NCBI GenBank assembly: GCA_964523595.1
Contig: CAZFZO010000001.1
Location: 5,633 to 38,200, forward strand
DNA length: 32,568 nt
Source of the DNA: an uncultured Candidatus Saccharibacteria bacterium
Lineage (GTDB): Bacteria > Patescibacteriota > Minisyncoccia > UBA6257 > 1-14-0-10-44-23
Direction: 5' to 3'
The notes under the pieces were generated by a model, which worked only from the letters and a program-made list of their open reading frames with translations, searched no databases and was not told the origin of the DNA. Both the position numbers and the translations under genes were made by a program. Numbering within the stretch: position 1 is the first letter of the stretch; the number at the start of each line of letters is the position of its first letter. Positions 8,407-16,228 of the stretch are shown in pieces.

Positions 8407-9462
8407 TTATGCGCTTTTCAGCTTGTACTTACCTTCAGCAGTGCGCTCGAAATACTTCTTATTCTGGAGGTTAAACAAGATAGTGTTTTCCTTGAAGATA
8501 CGGCGCTTGAGGACTTCAGCCATAATATCTTTTGGCTTCATCGGTCCAGACTTCTTTAAGATATGAACAAGCACTTCACGAATTGTTCCTGCAGGAAAAT
8601 CATCATTCTCACGTAGACCGTAGATGCCACGGCCAACTAAGATAAAGCGCTTATCCTTGATGAGTTCGTTGTGAATCGTCTGGGTGTTAGTCTTTTTCTC
8701 ATTACGCATTCTGCGGATCTCCTCGGCGATCTCATTGAAGTGCATCGGACGATTCGCCTTCTTGAGAATCAAGTAAATCCAGTCACGAGAAACCTTTGGG
8801 TTGACCTCTTCCCACTCCGTGAGACCGAAATCACCAAACTTGTTTTTGCCGAACTTTTTAGAAATCGTAAGATAGTGACGAGCAACCTTCTCTTCAACTT
8901 TGTGAAGTTTCGTTACCTCACGGAAGAAGTCATCAAACTTCTTGCTGTGGAGAGTTTCCTGCTTCTTATCCTTGAGCTGCTTAATGAGCGTATCAAGGAA
9001 ATCAAGTGCACGCTTCTGGTGCTCTGCGGAAAGATGCCAGTGCGAGAAAAGCTCCTCGTCTTCGCGGTGATAGGTTAGTGCTCCGGAGAGCTCGAGCAAG
9101 AAACGAACTTGATTACCAAAACTCTTATTGAGATCTGATGGGTGAGCAAAAATCTTTATCTCCTCAAGCAAATTGCCCTCATGGCGAACGCCAGCAGAAT
9201 CTTTGAGTCGGTCAACAGATGTACTAACAATTTCATTCAAATGACCACCCTTCGCCTTTTTACCTACCTCTTTTAAAGCGAGTGCTTCGATCTGACGAAT
9301 ACGCTCACGCGTAACGCCAAACTGCTTACCAAGTTCGGCCAACGTCATCTCGTCGGTCGTATCAAGTCCATAACGCTTAACTAAAACTTTGCGCTGACGC
9401 GGATCAAGATCAGAGAACAACTCTTCTATGATTACGTTTGTAGTTTTTGACGGATTCGCCAT
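8407..9462 (-). CDS. Sigma-70 region-4-like HTH protein fused to HARE-HTH/winged-helix domains (no region 2 visible)
   Basis: The N-terminus RQRKVLVKRYGLDTTDEMTLAELGKQFGVTRERIRQIEALALKEV is a classic sigma region 4.2 signature. The C-terminus RPMHFNEIAEEIRR...LIKDKRFILVGRGIYGL is HARE-HTH-like, followed by a second winged-helix-like repeat. Confidence 0.75.
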   Translation of the reverse strand: MANPSKTTNVIIEELFSDLDPRQRKVLVKRYGLDTTDEMTLAELGKQFGVTRERIRQIEALALKEVGKKAKGGHLNEIVSTSVDRLKDSAGVRHEGNLLEEIKIFAHPSDLNKSFGNQVRFLLELSGALTYHREDEELFSHWHLSAEHQKRALDFLDTLIKQLKDKKQETLHSKKFDDFFREVTKLHKVEEKVARHYLTISKKFGKNKFGDFGLTEWEEVNPKVSRDWIYLILKKANRPMHFNEIAEEIRRMRNEKKTNTQTIHNELIKDKRFILVGRGIYGLRENDDFPAGTIREVLVHILKKSGPMKPKDIMAEVLKRRIFKENTILFNLQNKKYFERTAEGKYKLKSA

Positions 9463-9574
9463 ACCGTTAGGGTTAATTTAGTTATATAAATAGGGCCTTT
9501 TTCGATTGATAATAAGATATCATAATAAGGGAATAGCGTCAACCCCCTAGGCCACGGGAGCCTGTGGATAGTCA

Positions 9575-9616
9575 AATTTGATAAGCGGGCGGACTGACCC
9601 ATTGTCAGCCGCCCGC
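9575..9616 (-). terminator. Long hairpin 9 nt after the stop of the 9625-9993 gene (terminator-like, weak U-tract)
   Basis: GCGGGCGGACTGAC (9585-9598) pairs with GTCAGCCGCCCGC (9604-9616) with one bulge. On the minus strand it is followed by TTATCAAATTT. Confidence 0.45.
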
Positions 9617-9624
9617 ACAAAACA

Positions 9625-9993
9625 CTATCTTCCGTCCATCCCCGCTTCTTCGGCACTCTGCTGCTTAATCTTGTCCGAAAGCTCCAGCATTCGCTTCCGA
9701 AACTCTTCATCGGTGAGCCCAATGTTCGAGTTGAGCCGAATCGCCGCGGCCAACACCGACTGCTTGCAGGCGCGCACCTTGGCGATCGCATCATCGATCT
9801 GGTCAAGGAGCTTCTTTTGCTGCGCCCGCTCAGCCTCAAGCTTCTCAAGGATCGCCTGCACCTCGGGCTCAACTCGATCAAGAGTGGCCGACTGATTCTT
9901 GACCTCCTCTTTCGCTTGAAGCAAAAAGATCGCCACGAAGAGGGCCAAGACCACGCCACACACAGACAATACGCCAGCCGTACGATTCGACAT
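9625..9993 (-). CDS. Small membrane-anchored coiled-coil protein (122 aa), high G+C
   Basis: N-terminal TM segment (GVLSVCGVVLALFVAIFLL) followed by heptad-like charged helices. A GGAG Shine-Dalgarno precedes the ATG. Preferred over the overlapping Arg/Ser/Cys-rich 203-aa frame. Confidence 0.55.
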   Translation of the reverse strand: MSNRTAGVLSVCGVVLALFVAIFLLQAKEEVKNQSATLDRVEPEVQAILEKLEAERAQQKKLLDQIDDAIAKVRACKQSVLAAAIRLNSNIGLTDEEFRKRMLELSDKIKQQSAEEAGMDGR

Positions 9994-10028
9994 ACGCAGT
10001 CTCCAGGGAAAGGAAATGACCTACCAAC

Positions 10029-10056
10029 ATCATACGTGCACACCCTAAAATGTCAA
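10029..10056 (-). promoter_or_regulatory. Candidate promoter for the 9625-9993 gene (TTGACA-16-TATGAT)
   Basis: On the minus strand, TTGACA is at 10056-10051 and TATGAT at 10034-10029, with a 16-nt spacer. Confidence 0.4.
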
Positions 10057-10098
10057 AATAAAAATACCGCTGACCATTTCTGGCCAGCGGTATTTTTA
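10055..10098 (-). terminator. Rho-independent terminator of secDF (symmetrical, could act both ways)
   Basis: ATACCGCTGACCA (10064-10076) pairs with TGGCCAGCGGTAT (10081-10093) with one mismatch. The stem is flanked by A-run and T-run tracts and starts 7 nt after the secF stop. Confidence 0.7.
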
Positions 10099-10104
10099 TT
10101 TTAT

Positions 10105-11004
10105 TTATTTAGCCTTTGCAGACTTATTCCAGAGAACGAGTAATGGCGAGGCAACGAAAATCGAAGAGTATGTTCCGACGACCGTACCAACCAAGATCGT
10201 TAAGATAAAGTACTTAAGCGTTGTGGCTCCAAGTAGAAGCAAAACCGCAAGCACAATAAACAAGGTAAGCGAAGTATTGAGCGAACGAGCAAACGTCTCG
10301 TTAATACTGCGGTTAACCAATTCGCTAAAATGAACCTTACTCGTATCAGTGTGACGAAGATTTTCACGAATACGGTCAAACACAACAATCGTGTCGTGAA
10401 CCGAGAAACCGATAACGAGCAGTACCGCAACAATAAAGTTAGTATCAATTTCTACTCCCAGGAAGTGTCCGAGGAAAGTGTACATACCCAGCGGGATAAT
10501 CGCATCGTGGAAAAGTGTAATCAAGGTGATAAACGCATACTTCCAGCTACTTACCGGATACGAAACCTTACGAAACGCGTACGCGACATACAGCGCAATA
10601 CCAAACAAGTTGATGCCTAACGCCCAAAATGCTCGATTAACTAACTCTGAACCAATCGCCGCACCGATCGCCTGGAAACTCAACTCGGTCATCGGACCAA
10701 AACTCTTTATGAGCGCTTTATTATAAGCCTGGTGGTCCGCTTCAGTAATCTCTTTTGCCTTGATAATAAATCCTCCGGTCGACTCCTGCTGGTTTACTAC
10801 CGCATCAGCTAATTTCAAATCAGTTTGTACAAATGTACGAATCGCCGAAAGCTCTACTGGCTTACTAAACTCAACCTGCCAGTACGTACCACCGGTAAAA
10901 TCAATACCCTTCTCAAGACCAAAGGCGAAAAGACCAAAAACGCTCGCAACAATCAAGAGACTAGAAAACGTCAGAAAAATCCACTTGTGTTTAATGATGT
11001 TCAT
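10105..11004 (-). CDS. secF: Protein translocase subunit SecF
   Basis: GIDFTGGTYWQVEF signature, six-TM architecture, directly downstream of secD. Confidence 0.9.
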   Translation of the reverse strand: MNIIKHKWIFLTFSSLLIVASVFGLFAFGLEKGIDFTGGTYWQVEFSKPVELSAIRTFVQTDLKLADAVVNQQESTGGFIIKAKEITEADHQAYNKALIKSFGPMTELSFQAIGAAIGSELVNRAFWALGINLFGIALYVAYAFRKVSYPVSSWKYAFITLITLFHDAIIPLGMYTFLGHFLGVEIDTNFIVAVLLVIGFSVHDTIVVFDRIRENLRHTDTSKVHFSELVNRSINETFARSLNTSLTLFIVLAVLLLLGATTLKYFILTILVGTVVGTYSSIFVASPLLVLWNKSAKAK

Positions 11005-11015
11005 AGAAGTAGTTG

Positions 11016-12323
11016 TTATACCGTTTTAGGAGCGCTCGGCTTACGATCCTTAATAAAGATAGTGATAAGCGTACGAGTAACCGTAATCGCCGTAAACATA
11101 CTCACGATTACACCAACAAGCAGAGAGAGCGCAAAACCCTTAATGAAACTTGAGGTTAAGTTATAGAGCACGAGTGCGGTAATAATCGTCGCAATGTTAC
11201 TGTCACGAATCGACGGCCAGGCACGGCGAAAACCTTCGGAAATCGCACCGGTTTTGTGCAAGCCTTTCTTAATTTCTTCCTTAGTGCGCTCAAAGATAAG
11301 AATGTTCGCATCCACGGCCATACCAATCGTCAAAATAATACCAGCGATACCAGCCAAGGTCATTGTCACACCAAACAACTTAAAGATCGAAAGCAATAAG
11401 ATGGTGTAGATAATCAGAGCGAGCGAAGCAAACACTCCAAGTCCGCGGTAGTAGATGAGCATAAAGAGCATGACTAAGATGGCACCGATAAGTCCAGCCC
11501 AAAGCGTCTTCGCCAGACTGTCATTACCGAGTGAAGCACCGATCGTCTGCTGACTAATCAACTTAATCGGAGCTGGAAGCGCACCAGCATTAAAACGCTC
11601 AACAAGCTGACGAGCATCAGCGATAGTAAAGTTACCAGTGATTTGTGCACGTCCACCCGCAATCGCCTCGTTTACGCGAGGAGCGGTAATGATCGCACCA
11701 TCAAGATACACGGCAAGTGTCTTATTTACGTTTTTCGCAGTAACCTGCTCAAACAACTTCGCACCCTCATCATTGAAAATCAAAGAAATTTCAGGCGAGC
11801 CAGTGTACTGGTTAAAGTTCAACTGCGCGCTCTTCACGTAGCGACCCGTAAGTTCAGTTGGGCGGTACTGCTCTTGCTGAGGAGCAACGTCCAATTTCTG
11901 ACCATCAGCAGTCGTCGCCTGCACACCACTCACTGCACCCGCGCCAGTCTCTTCAGCAAAATACAAAAATGGAGTCTCGCCAATCTGCTTAATCGCGGTG
12001 GCAACATCCTTAATACCAGCGAGCTCAACAATTAAACGATAGCTCCCACCAGTTTGCGCAGTCAGTACTTGCGGTTCACTTACACCAAAAAGGTTTACAC
12101 GGCGCTCAATTACATCACGCAGACCCGAAAGCACACTTCCGCGATCAGCATCAAGCACGTCGGTCATATCAACCTCATATACCAAGTGACTTCCTCCGAC
12201 CAAATCAAGACCAAGCTTCCACGGACGAGTCGTTGTCCCCCAAAAATCTGGGTGAACAAAGAAGACGCCTAAGGCCGTCACGATAAATACTAAAAAGATA
12301 AAAAATAATGATGTTTTCTTCAT
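11016..12323 (-). CDS. secD: Protein translocase subunit SecD
   Basis: LGLDLVGGSHLVYEVD signature, large periplasmic loop, C-terminal RND-like TM bundle. Confidence 0.9.
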   Translation of the reverse strand: MKKTSLFFIFLVFIVTALGVFFVHPDFWGTTTRPWKLGLDLVGGSHLVYEVDMTDVLDADRGSVLSGLRDVIERRVNLFGVSEPQVLTAQTGGSYRLIVELAGIKDVATAIKQIGETPFLYFAEETGAGAVSGVQATTADGQKLDVAPQQEQYRPTELTGRYVKSAQLNFNQYTGSPEISLIFNDEGAKLFEQVTAKNVNKTLAVYLDGAIITAPRVNEAIAGGRAQITGNFTIADARQLVERFNAGALPAPIKLISQQTIGASLGNDSLAKTLWAGLIGAILVMLFMLIYYRGLGVFASLALIIYTILLLSIFKLFGVTMTLAGIAGIILTIGMAVDANILIFERTKEEIKKGLHKTGAISEGFRRAWPSIRDSNIATIITALVLYNLTSSFIKGFALSLLVGVIVSMFTAITVTRTLITIFIKDRKPSAPKTV

Positions 12324-12339
12324 AAATTAAGATGTACCG

Positions 12340-12368
12340 ATTGTAGTCAAAATAAGGCAAAAAAGCAA
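12340..12368 (-). promoter_or_regulatory. Candidate secDF promoter (TTGCTT-17-TACAAT)
   Basis: On the minus strand, TTGCTT is at 12368-12363 and TACAAT at 12345-12340. Confidence 0.35.
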
Positions 12369-12374
12369 TAAACT

Positions 12375-12414
12375 GAAATAAAAATGGGCCCCGACAACGC
12401 TGTTGTTGGGGCCC
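12375..12414 (-). terminator. Rho-independent terminator after the HD-like gene
   Basis: A 13-bp stem GGGCCCCGACAAC/GTTGTTGGGGCCC (12386-12414, one G-U pair) is followed on the minus strand by ATTTTTATTT. Confidence 0.6.
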
Positions 12415-12445
12415 GACGCCTCGCCTTTCGGCAAGACGACCAGCT

Positions 12446-13189
12446 CTACGAAACGACGACACCCGAGAAGATCTGCGGATACGGCACGAGTCCGTAGTCC
12501 TCCCGACACTTGAGCACCTGCGCGACGTAGTCACGCAGGAATCGGAAGTAGGGACGTCCGATCTCGATCCCATAGGAACTCCGCAGACGGTACCGCGGGT
12601 CCGCATCAGGATGCTCACTATCCCACTTCGTGGACATGTAATGAAGATCCCAGAGCACCGACCCAGGGGCGAAGTAGCTCGCGTTCGGATCGCCAAGCAG
12701 GTACACCGGATCCACGTCGAAGATGTCGGGCTGGAACTGCCCAGCCCGCATCACCACGTCCGGCATGATGTTCACCAGACGATCGGCGTCCTGGAGAATC
12801 ATCAACACAACGTGCCCATCGATGTTCGGCCCCGCATGACGCACGACCGCGTCGACGACCGCATCCCGCTCCTCCTCGTTGAGGTCGGTTGCAAGCAGCC
12901 ACTCGAGCACGAGTGCCCGAACCTGCTCGGCAGGCACGTCCTTGCGCCCACACTGGAGCCGCTTCTGAAGAACCCGGTCCGCATTGTGACACAGACCGGC
13001 GACTCCGGCGACCAAGGCACGACGAGCACCAGAGTCATCCCGCCCGTGACAGGCGAGCTCGAGCGCCATCTGCCCCACTCGCAACGGGTGGTCGAAACTG
13101 TGCCCACTCGCCACGAGTCCGCACGCATCATGGCTCGCCTTGATGGCGGCCGTCAGCGCCGGAAACAGCTCCCAGATACGCGTTTGCAT
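12446..13189 (-). CDS. HD-superfamily-like metal-dependent phosphohydrolase (divergent), high G+C
   Basis: GHSFDHPLRV ... LCHNADRV ... LQDADRLV resembles the H...HD...D pattern of HD domains, but with HNAD in place of HD. ATG start with an AAGAGG Shine-Dalgarno. Confidence 0.55.
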   Translation of the reverse strand: MQTRIWELFPALTAAIKASHDACGLVASGHSFDHPLRVGQMALELACHGRDDSGARRALVAGVAGLCHNADRVLQKRLQCGRKDVPAEQVRALVLEWLLATDLNEEERDAVVDAVVRHAGPNIDGHVVLMILQDADRLVNIMPDVVMRAGQFQPDIFDVDPVYLLGDPNASYFAPGSVLWDLHYMSTKWDSEHPDADPRYRLRSSYGIEIGRPYFRFLRDYVAQVLKCREDYGLVPYPQIFSGVVVS

Positions 13190-13240
13190 CGAAATACCTC
13201 TTTAGAAAAGCTCCACAGCCGATTGCTAAGGAGTAAATAC

Positions 13241-13269
13241 ATTATAGCATAAAAACTAGATAAAGTCAA
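13241..13269 (-). promoter_or_regulatory. Near-consensus sigma70 promoter for the HD-like gene (TTGACT-17-TATAAT)
   Basis: On the minus strand, TTGACT is at 13269-13264 and TATAAT at 13246-13241, with an exact 17-nt spacer. It lies in an AT-rich spacer inside the GC-rich patch. Confidence 0.55.
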
Positions 13270-13283
13270 TAATGAATACTTGT

Positions 13284-13320
13284 AATAAAAAGGCGCTCGA
13301 CGATGCTCGTCAAAGCGCCT
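13284..13320 (-). terminator. Rho-independent terminator after the Fis-HTH gene
   Basis: The AGGCGCT/AGCGCCT outer stem and GACGA/TCGTC inner stem (13291-13320) are followed on the minus strand by TTTTTATT. Confidence 0.6.
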
Positions 13321-13326
13321 AAAAGA

Positions 13327-13956
13327 TCAACCCGCCAGATTCGAAGCGAGGAACACCCGCTCCACTGCGGAGAACCTCCGCCACAACTGCTGAATCAGCT
13401 CAACATCGATGTCGAGCGCAAGCATTCGATTGTAGAGCGTCTGACGACAGATACCCAAGGCGTCAGCCGTACGCTCACAATGCCAGTCGTACTTCGCAAG
13501 AACGCTCACGAGCACCAACCGCTCGAGTGGCGCGACAACCTCGCTATACGACCCACTCGGTATCGACAACGAAGACACGGCGAACGGAATGGCAAAGTGC
13601 TCACCGGTGAGAACATGGAACATCGCCGCCGCCGCCCAGATAAGCGACCTCGAGGAGACGAGAATCGTCTGATGAAGCGGAGAGTCTGCGACCTCGCGCC
13701 GCACAATGATCAAACTCTCGGTCTGCTGATCGCGACACTCCCCCTCAGCAAGAGCAGAGCCTCTGATCGTCGCTCGGAACACGTACTGCGTTCCGGCGTC
13801 TCGCAGAGAAATCTCACGCAAGAAATCGGCATGTTCACGATCGCAGATCCAAATCTCCCGACCAATCGGATCTTTCGTGATAGGAGTCATCGCCTCGATC
13901 ATCTCGGGGCTAAGACGCTTCCTCCAGTCAGCGCAAAGCGAAACGGTTACCTGCAT
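13327..13956 (-). CDS. DNA-binding protein with C-terminal Fis-type HTH, unknown N-terminal domain, high G+C
   Basis: The C-terminus LERLVLVSVLAKYDWHCERTADALGICRQTLYNRM matches the NtrC/Fis HTH_8 pattern. The track ORF begins at a GTG at 14001. The ATG at 13956 is preceded by GGAGG with 7-nt spacing, so that start is preferred. Confidence 0.65.
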   Translation of the reverse strand: MQVTVSLCADWRKRLSPEMIEAMTPITKDPIGREIWICDREHADFLREISLRDAGTQYVFRATIRGSALAEGECRDQQTESLIIVRREVADSPLHQTILVSSRSLIWAAAAMFHVLTGEHFAIPFAVSSLSIPSGSYSEVVAPLERLVLVSVLAKYDWHCERTADALGICRQTLYNRMLALDIDVELIQQLWRRFSAVERVFLASNLAG

Positions 13957-14064
13957 CGGAGAACCTCCAAATGTAGTCCCGTCATAGGATACGGAAAACA
14001 CCCTAAATTGGCAAATCCCATTTGAAACCTATTTCTAAATGTGGTATAACAAACAACATTGTAC

Positions 14065-14135
14065 GCCTCCATAGCTCAGTGGTAGAGCAACGGACTTTTA
14101 ATCCGCTGATCATGGTTCGATTCCATGTGGAGGCA
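14065..14135 (+). tRNA. tRNA-Lys (anticodon TTT)
   Basis: Hand-folded cloverleaf. Acceptor GCCTCCA/TGGAGGC. D arm GCTC-AGTGGTA-GAGC. Anticodon loop CTTTTAA. T arm CATGG-TTCGATT-CCATG. Discriminator A. One A-C mismatch at the top of the anticodon stem. No encoded CCA. Confidence 0.9.
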
Positions 14136-14258
14136 CCCATAAACCAGAGTCGCTACTGCGACACGGTTTAGGGTAGGCATGAACCGTGCTTTGCTCTGGT
14201 TCATGCCACCTCTCCCTAAAAAATCTTTTGCCACTGATACTTACTCCTACATTCAAAA

Positions 14259-14287
14259 TTGACACTTTATTTATAAAATCGTAGGGT
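14259..14287 (+). promoter_or_regulatory. Candidate promoter (TTGACA-17-TAGGGT) plus leader hairpin for the 14344 gene
   Basis: TTGACA at 14259-14264 and TAGGGT at 14282-14287. Downstream are the hairpin GTCAGCAGGG-TTT-CCCGCTGAC (14294-14315) and a strong AAGGAGG Shine-Dalgarno at 14329-14335. Confidence 0.4.
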
Positions 14288-14343
14288 CAAGAGGTCAGCA
14301 GGGTTTCCCGCTGACATTCTCACGACGAAAGGAGGGTGTAGGT

Positions 14344-15084
14344 ATGACCACACCCAAAAACGCTAGCGAACTCTTCTTCCGCAAGGAGCCGCCGACCGAT
14401 GCCGAGTGGCTCGATCTCATCGAGACACTCCGAACGATCATTACGCCGCTCCTCGAAGGAATTCGGCTGGAAACACTCAGCAAGATCCAGCTATGGAAAA
14501 GCGACCACGCCGGCACGATCCATTCTCGACTCGGAGAGGCTCCGCCGACCATCGGAGAAGGACAGCCTGAACGCTCCGACAGCAATAGCAATATCGGCGT
14601 CCGCGGACTTTTCTGGCTGGAAAAGATTGACGCTTCGTACGGCCAAACCGGATACGTCGAGCGCGGTAACCCGCCCTTCCGTATCCTATCTGGACAAAGC
14701 GATAATCCGATCAAGCAGGTTCGCGAGTACGTCTTCTGGGGTCTGAGTCGGCACGGCCAGTGGATTCTGGTTGAGCTCGAAGCCAAACTAGACCAGCGAG
14801 AGTTTTCGATCTATCGCAATCGGTTTTTCCGAGCAACGCGCGTCAAGACAACGCTCGTCAACGGTCCGATCGAGATCGTTAACGCGATGGCAAGAATGAA
14901 CTACAACTGGCATCGCGGCCTACCCGGCATCTGGCTCGCACTAACCCAGATGATCGAAAACATCTACAACTACGCCTGCGGTAGGTTCAAGAACGCCGAA
15001 GAGGCGAGAGATGCGATGCGTAGCGAAGTCACGCTCATCAGAGGCGCCAACGCAGCCAGCTGGCGCATACAAGACCTGTTCTAG
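14344..15084 (+). CDS. Hypothetical protein (246 aa), high G+C, no recognisable domain
   Basis: ATG with a strong Shine-Dalgarno and its own terminator. No TM segment and no motif recognised. Confidence 0.6.
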   Translation: MTTPKNASELFFRKEPPTDAEWLDLIETLRTIITPLLEGIRLETLSKIQLWKSDHAGTIHSRLGEAPPTIGEGQPERSDSNSNIGVRGLFWLEKIDASYGQTGYVERGNPPFRILSGQSDNPIKQVREYVFWGLSRHGQWILVELEAKLDQREFSIYRNRFFRATRVKTTLVNGPIEIVNAMARMNYNWHRGLPGIWLALTQMIENIYNYACGRFKNAEEARDAMRSEVTLIRGANAASWRIQDLF

Positions 15085-15092
15085 CTCCCCGT

Positions 15093-15130
15093 CCCGCCAA
15101 AGACTTCGGTCTGCGGCGGGCTTTTTATTT
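15093..15130 (+). terminator. Rho-independent terminator
   Basis: CCCGCC..AGAC-TTCG-GTCT..GGCGGG (15093-15120) is followed by CTTTTTATTT. Confidence 0.7.
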
Positions 15131-15136
15131 CTGCAT

Positions 15137-16225
15137 CTAATCGAGTTCGTTTTCCAAATCAGTCAAAAGCTGTTTAGCTTTCGAACTAATCTTTTTCGGA
15201 GTCTTTACCTCAAAACTCACATATAAGTTTCCGCGACTACTACTCCCAAAACGTGGCATACCCTCGCCCGAAACCTTAAGTTGTTCAGCTAAGTTAAATC
15301 CCGCCGGGATCTCAATCGAAATCTGCTTTCCCGAAATTGACGGCAATGAAAGTTTTTTATTCAGGAGCACATCCGTAAGTCGTACCTCGTGTTTAATAAA
15401 CAAATCCTCCCCCTGACGGCGAAATACTTTATCAGGCGCGATCATCACCTGTACATACAAATCTCCGGCTGGCGCTCCACGCTCACCCGCCTCACCCATT
15501 CCGGCGAGCTTAATAAGCTGCGTATCACTTACGCCCGGCAAAATATCTACCGTTAATACTTTCGTTTGCTGGGTTCGCCCCGCACCCTTACACGTATTAC
15601 AAATCTTATTTGGAATCTGCCCAGTGCCGAAACACTTATCACACGCACGCACCTGTTGGAAGTTGCCAAAAAAACTATTGCGCACCTCCTTTACCTCACC
15701 ACGGCCATTGCACGTCTCACACTGTTTCGTCCCCTCTTTTGAAAAATACCCAAGACCAGTACACGGCTCACATGCGATCATCGTCTTAAAGCGCAGCTCT
15801 TTTTTCACACCCGTAAAGGCTTCTACGAGCGTAATCTGCTGAATCGCCTGCAAATCATTGCCACGAGTATACGTCTTGCGTCGCTTGCCGCCCATACTGC
15901 CAAACATCGACTCAAAAATATCCCCCAAATCTCCCATCTCTCCCATATCAAAGTTAATATTGGAGAAATCAAATCCCTGAAAACCAGAAAAACCAGCGCC
16001 CCCACCCTGGCCGCCAGTAAACGTCTTTCCAAAACGATCGTACTGCGCACGCTTCTCTTTATTTGAAAGCACCTGATACGCCTCGTTAATCTCTTTAAAC
16101 TTCTGTTCGTTTCCCGAAGCTTTATCCGGATGATACTGCTGCGCTAATTTACGATACGCCTTTTTAATATCATCATCAGACGAGTTCTTCTCAACGCCTA
16201 AAATTTTATAGTAATCTCCAGCCAT
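15137..16225 (-). CDS. dnaJ: Molecular chaperone DnaJ
   Basis: J domain (DYYKILGV...HPD), Gly/Phe-rich linker, and four CxxCxGxG repeats ([32 protein letters not shown]). Confidence 0.95.
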   Translation of the reverse strand: MAGDYYKILGVEKNSSDDDIKKAYRKLAQQYHPDKASGNEQKFKEINEAYQVLSNKEKRAQYDRFGKTFTGGQGGGAGFSGFQGFDFSNINFDMGEMGDLGDIFESMFGSMGGKRRKTYTRGNDLQAIQQITLVEAFTGVKKELRFKTMIACEPCTGLGYFSKEGTKQCETCNGRGEVKEVRNSFFGNFQQVRACDKCFGTGQIPNKICNTCKGAGRTQQTKVLTVDILPGVSDTQLIKLAGMGEAGERGAPAGDLYVQVMIAPDKVFRRQGEDLFIKHEVRLTDVLLNKKLSLPSISGKQISIEIPAGFNLAEQLKVSGEGMPRFGSSSRGNLYVSFEVKTPKKISSKAKQLLTDLENELD

Positions 16226-16228
16226 AGG

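Noticed and set aside
9432-10043. 203-aa minus-strand ORF and 105-aa and 108-aa plus-strand ORFs overlapping the small coiled-coil gene.
   Set aside because: The translations are Arg/Ser/Cys/Trp-rich with no structure. These are typical wrong-frame ORFs of G+C-rich DNA. The 122-aa frame has a TM segment, heptad periodicity and a Shine-Dalgarno.
12205-13252. Stack of overlapping ORFs (163, 60, 213, 124, 109 and 84 aa) across the HD-like gene.
   Set aside because: They are alternative frames or strands of the same G+C-rich gene. Only the 247-aa frame has an ATG with a Shine-Dalgarno, a promoter, a terminator and an HD-like motif series.
13303-14025. 240-aa plus-strand ORF, and the 15-codon GTG-initiated N-terminal extension of the Fis-HTH gene (13957-14001).
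   Set aside because: The plus-strand ORF is antisense to a frame with a clear Fis-type HTH and is Arg/Pro-rich. The GTG extension lacks a ribosome-binding site, whereas the ATG at 13956 has GGAGG at optimal spacing.
14295-14786. 163-aa minus-strand and 115-aa plus-strand ORFs overlapping the 14344-15084 gene.
   Set aside because: Wrong-frame or antisense products (Ser/Arg/Pro-rich) within G+C-rich DNA. The 246-aa frame has the promoter, Shine-Dalgarno and terminator.
12330-15135. Calling the high-G+C patch a mobile genomic island integrated at tRNA-Lys.
   Set aside because: I found no integrase, excisionase or transposase, and no direct repeat of the tRNA-Lys 3' end at either border. Only the compositional anomaly is reported.
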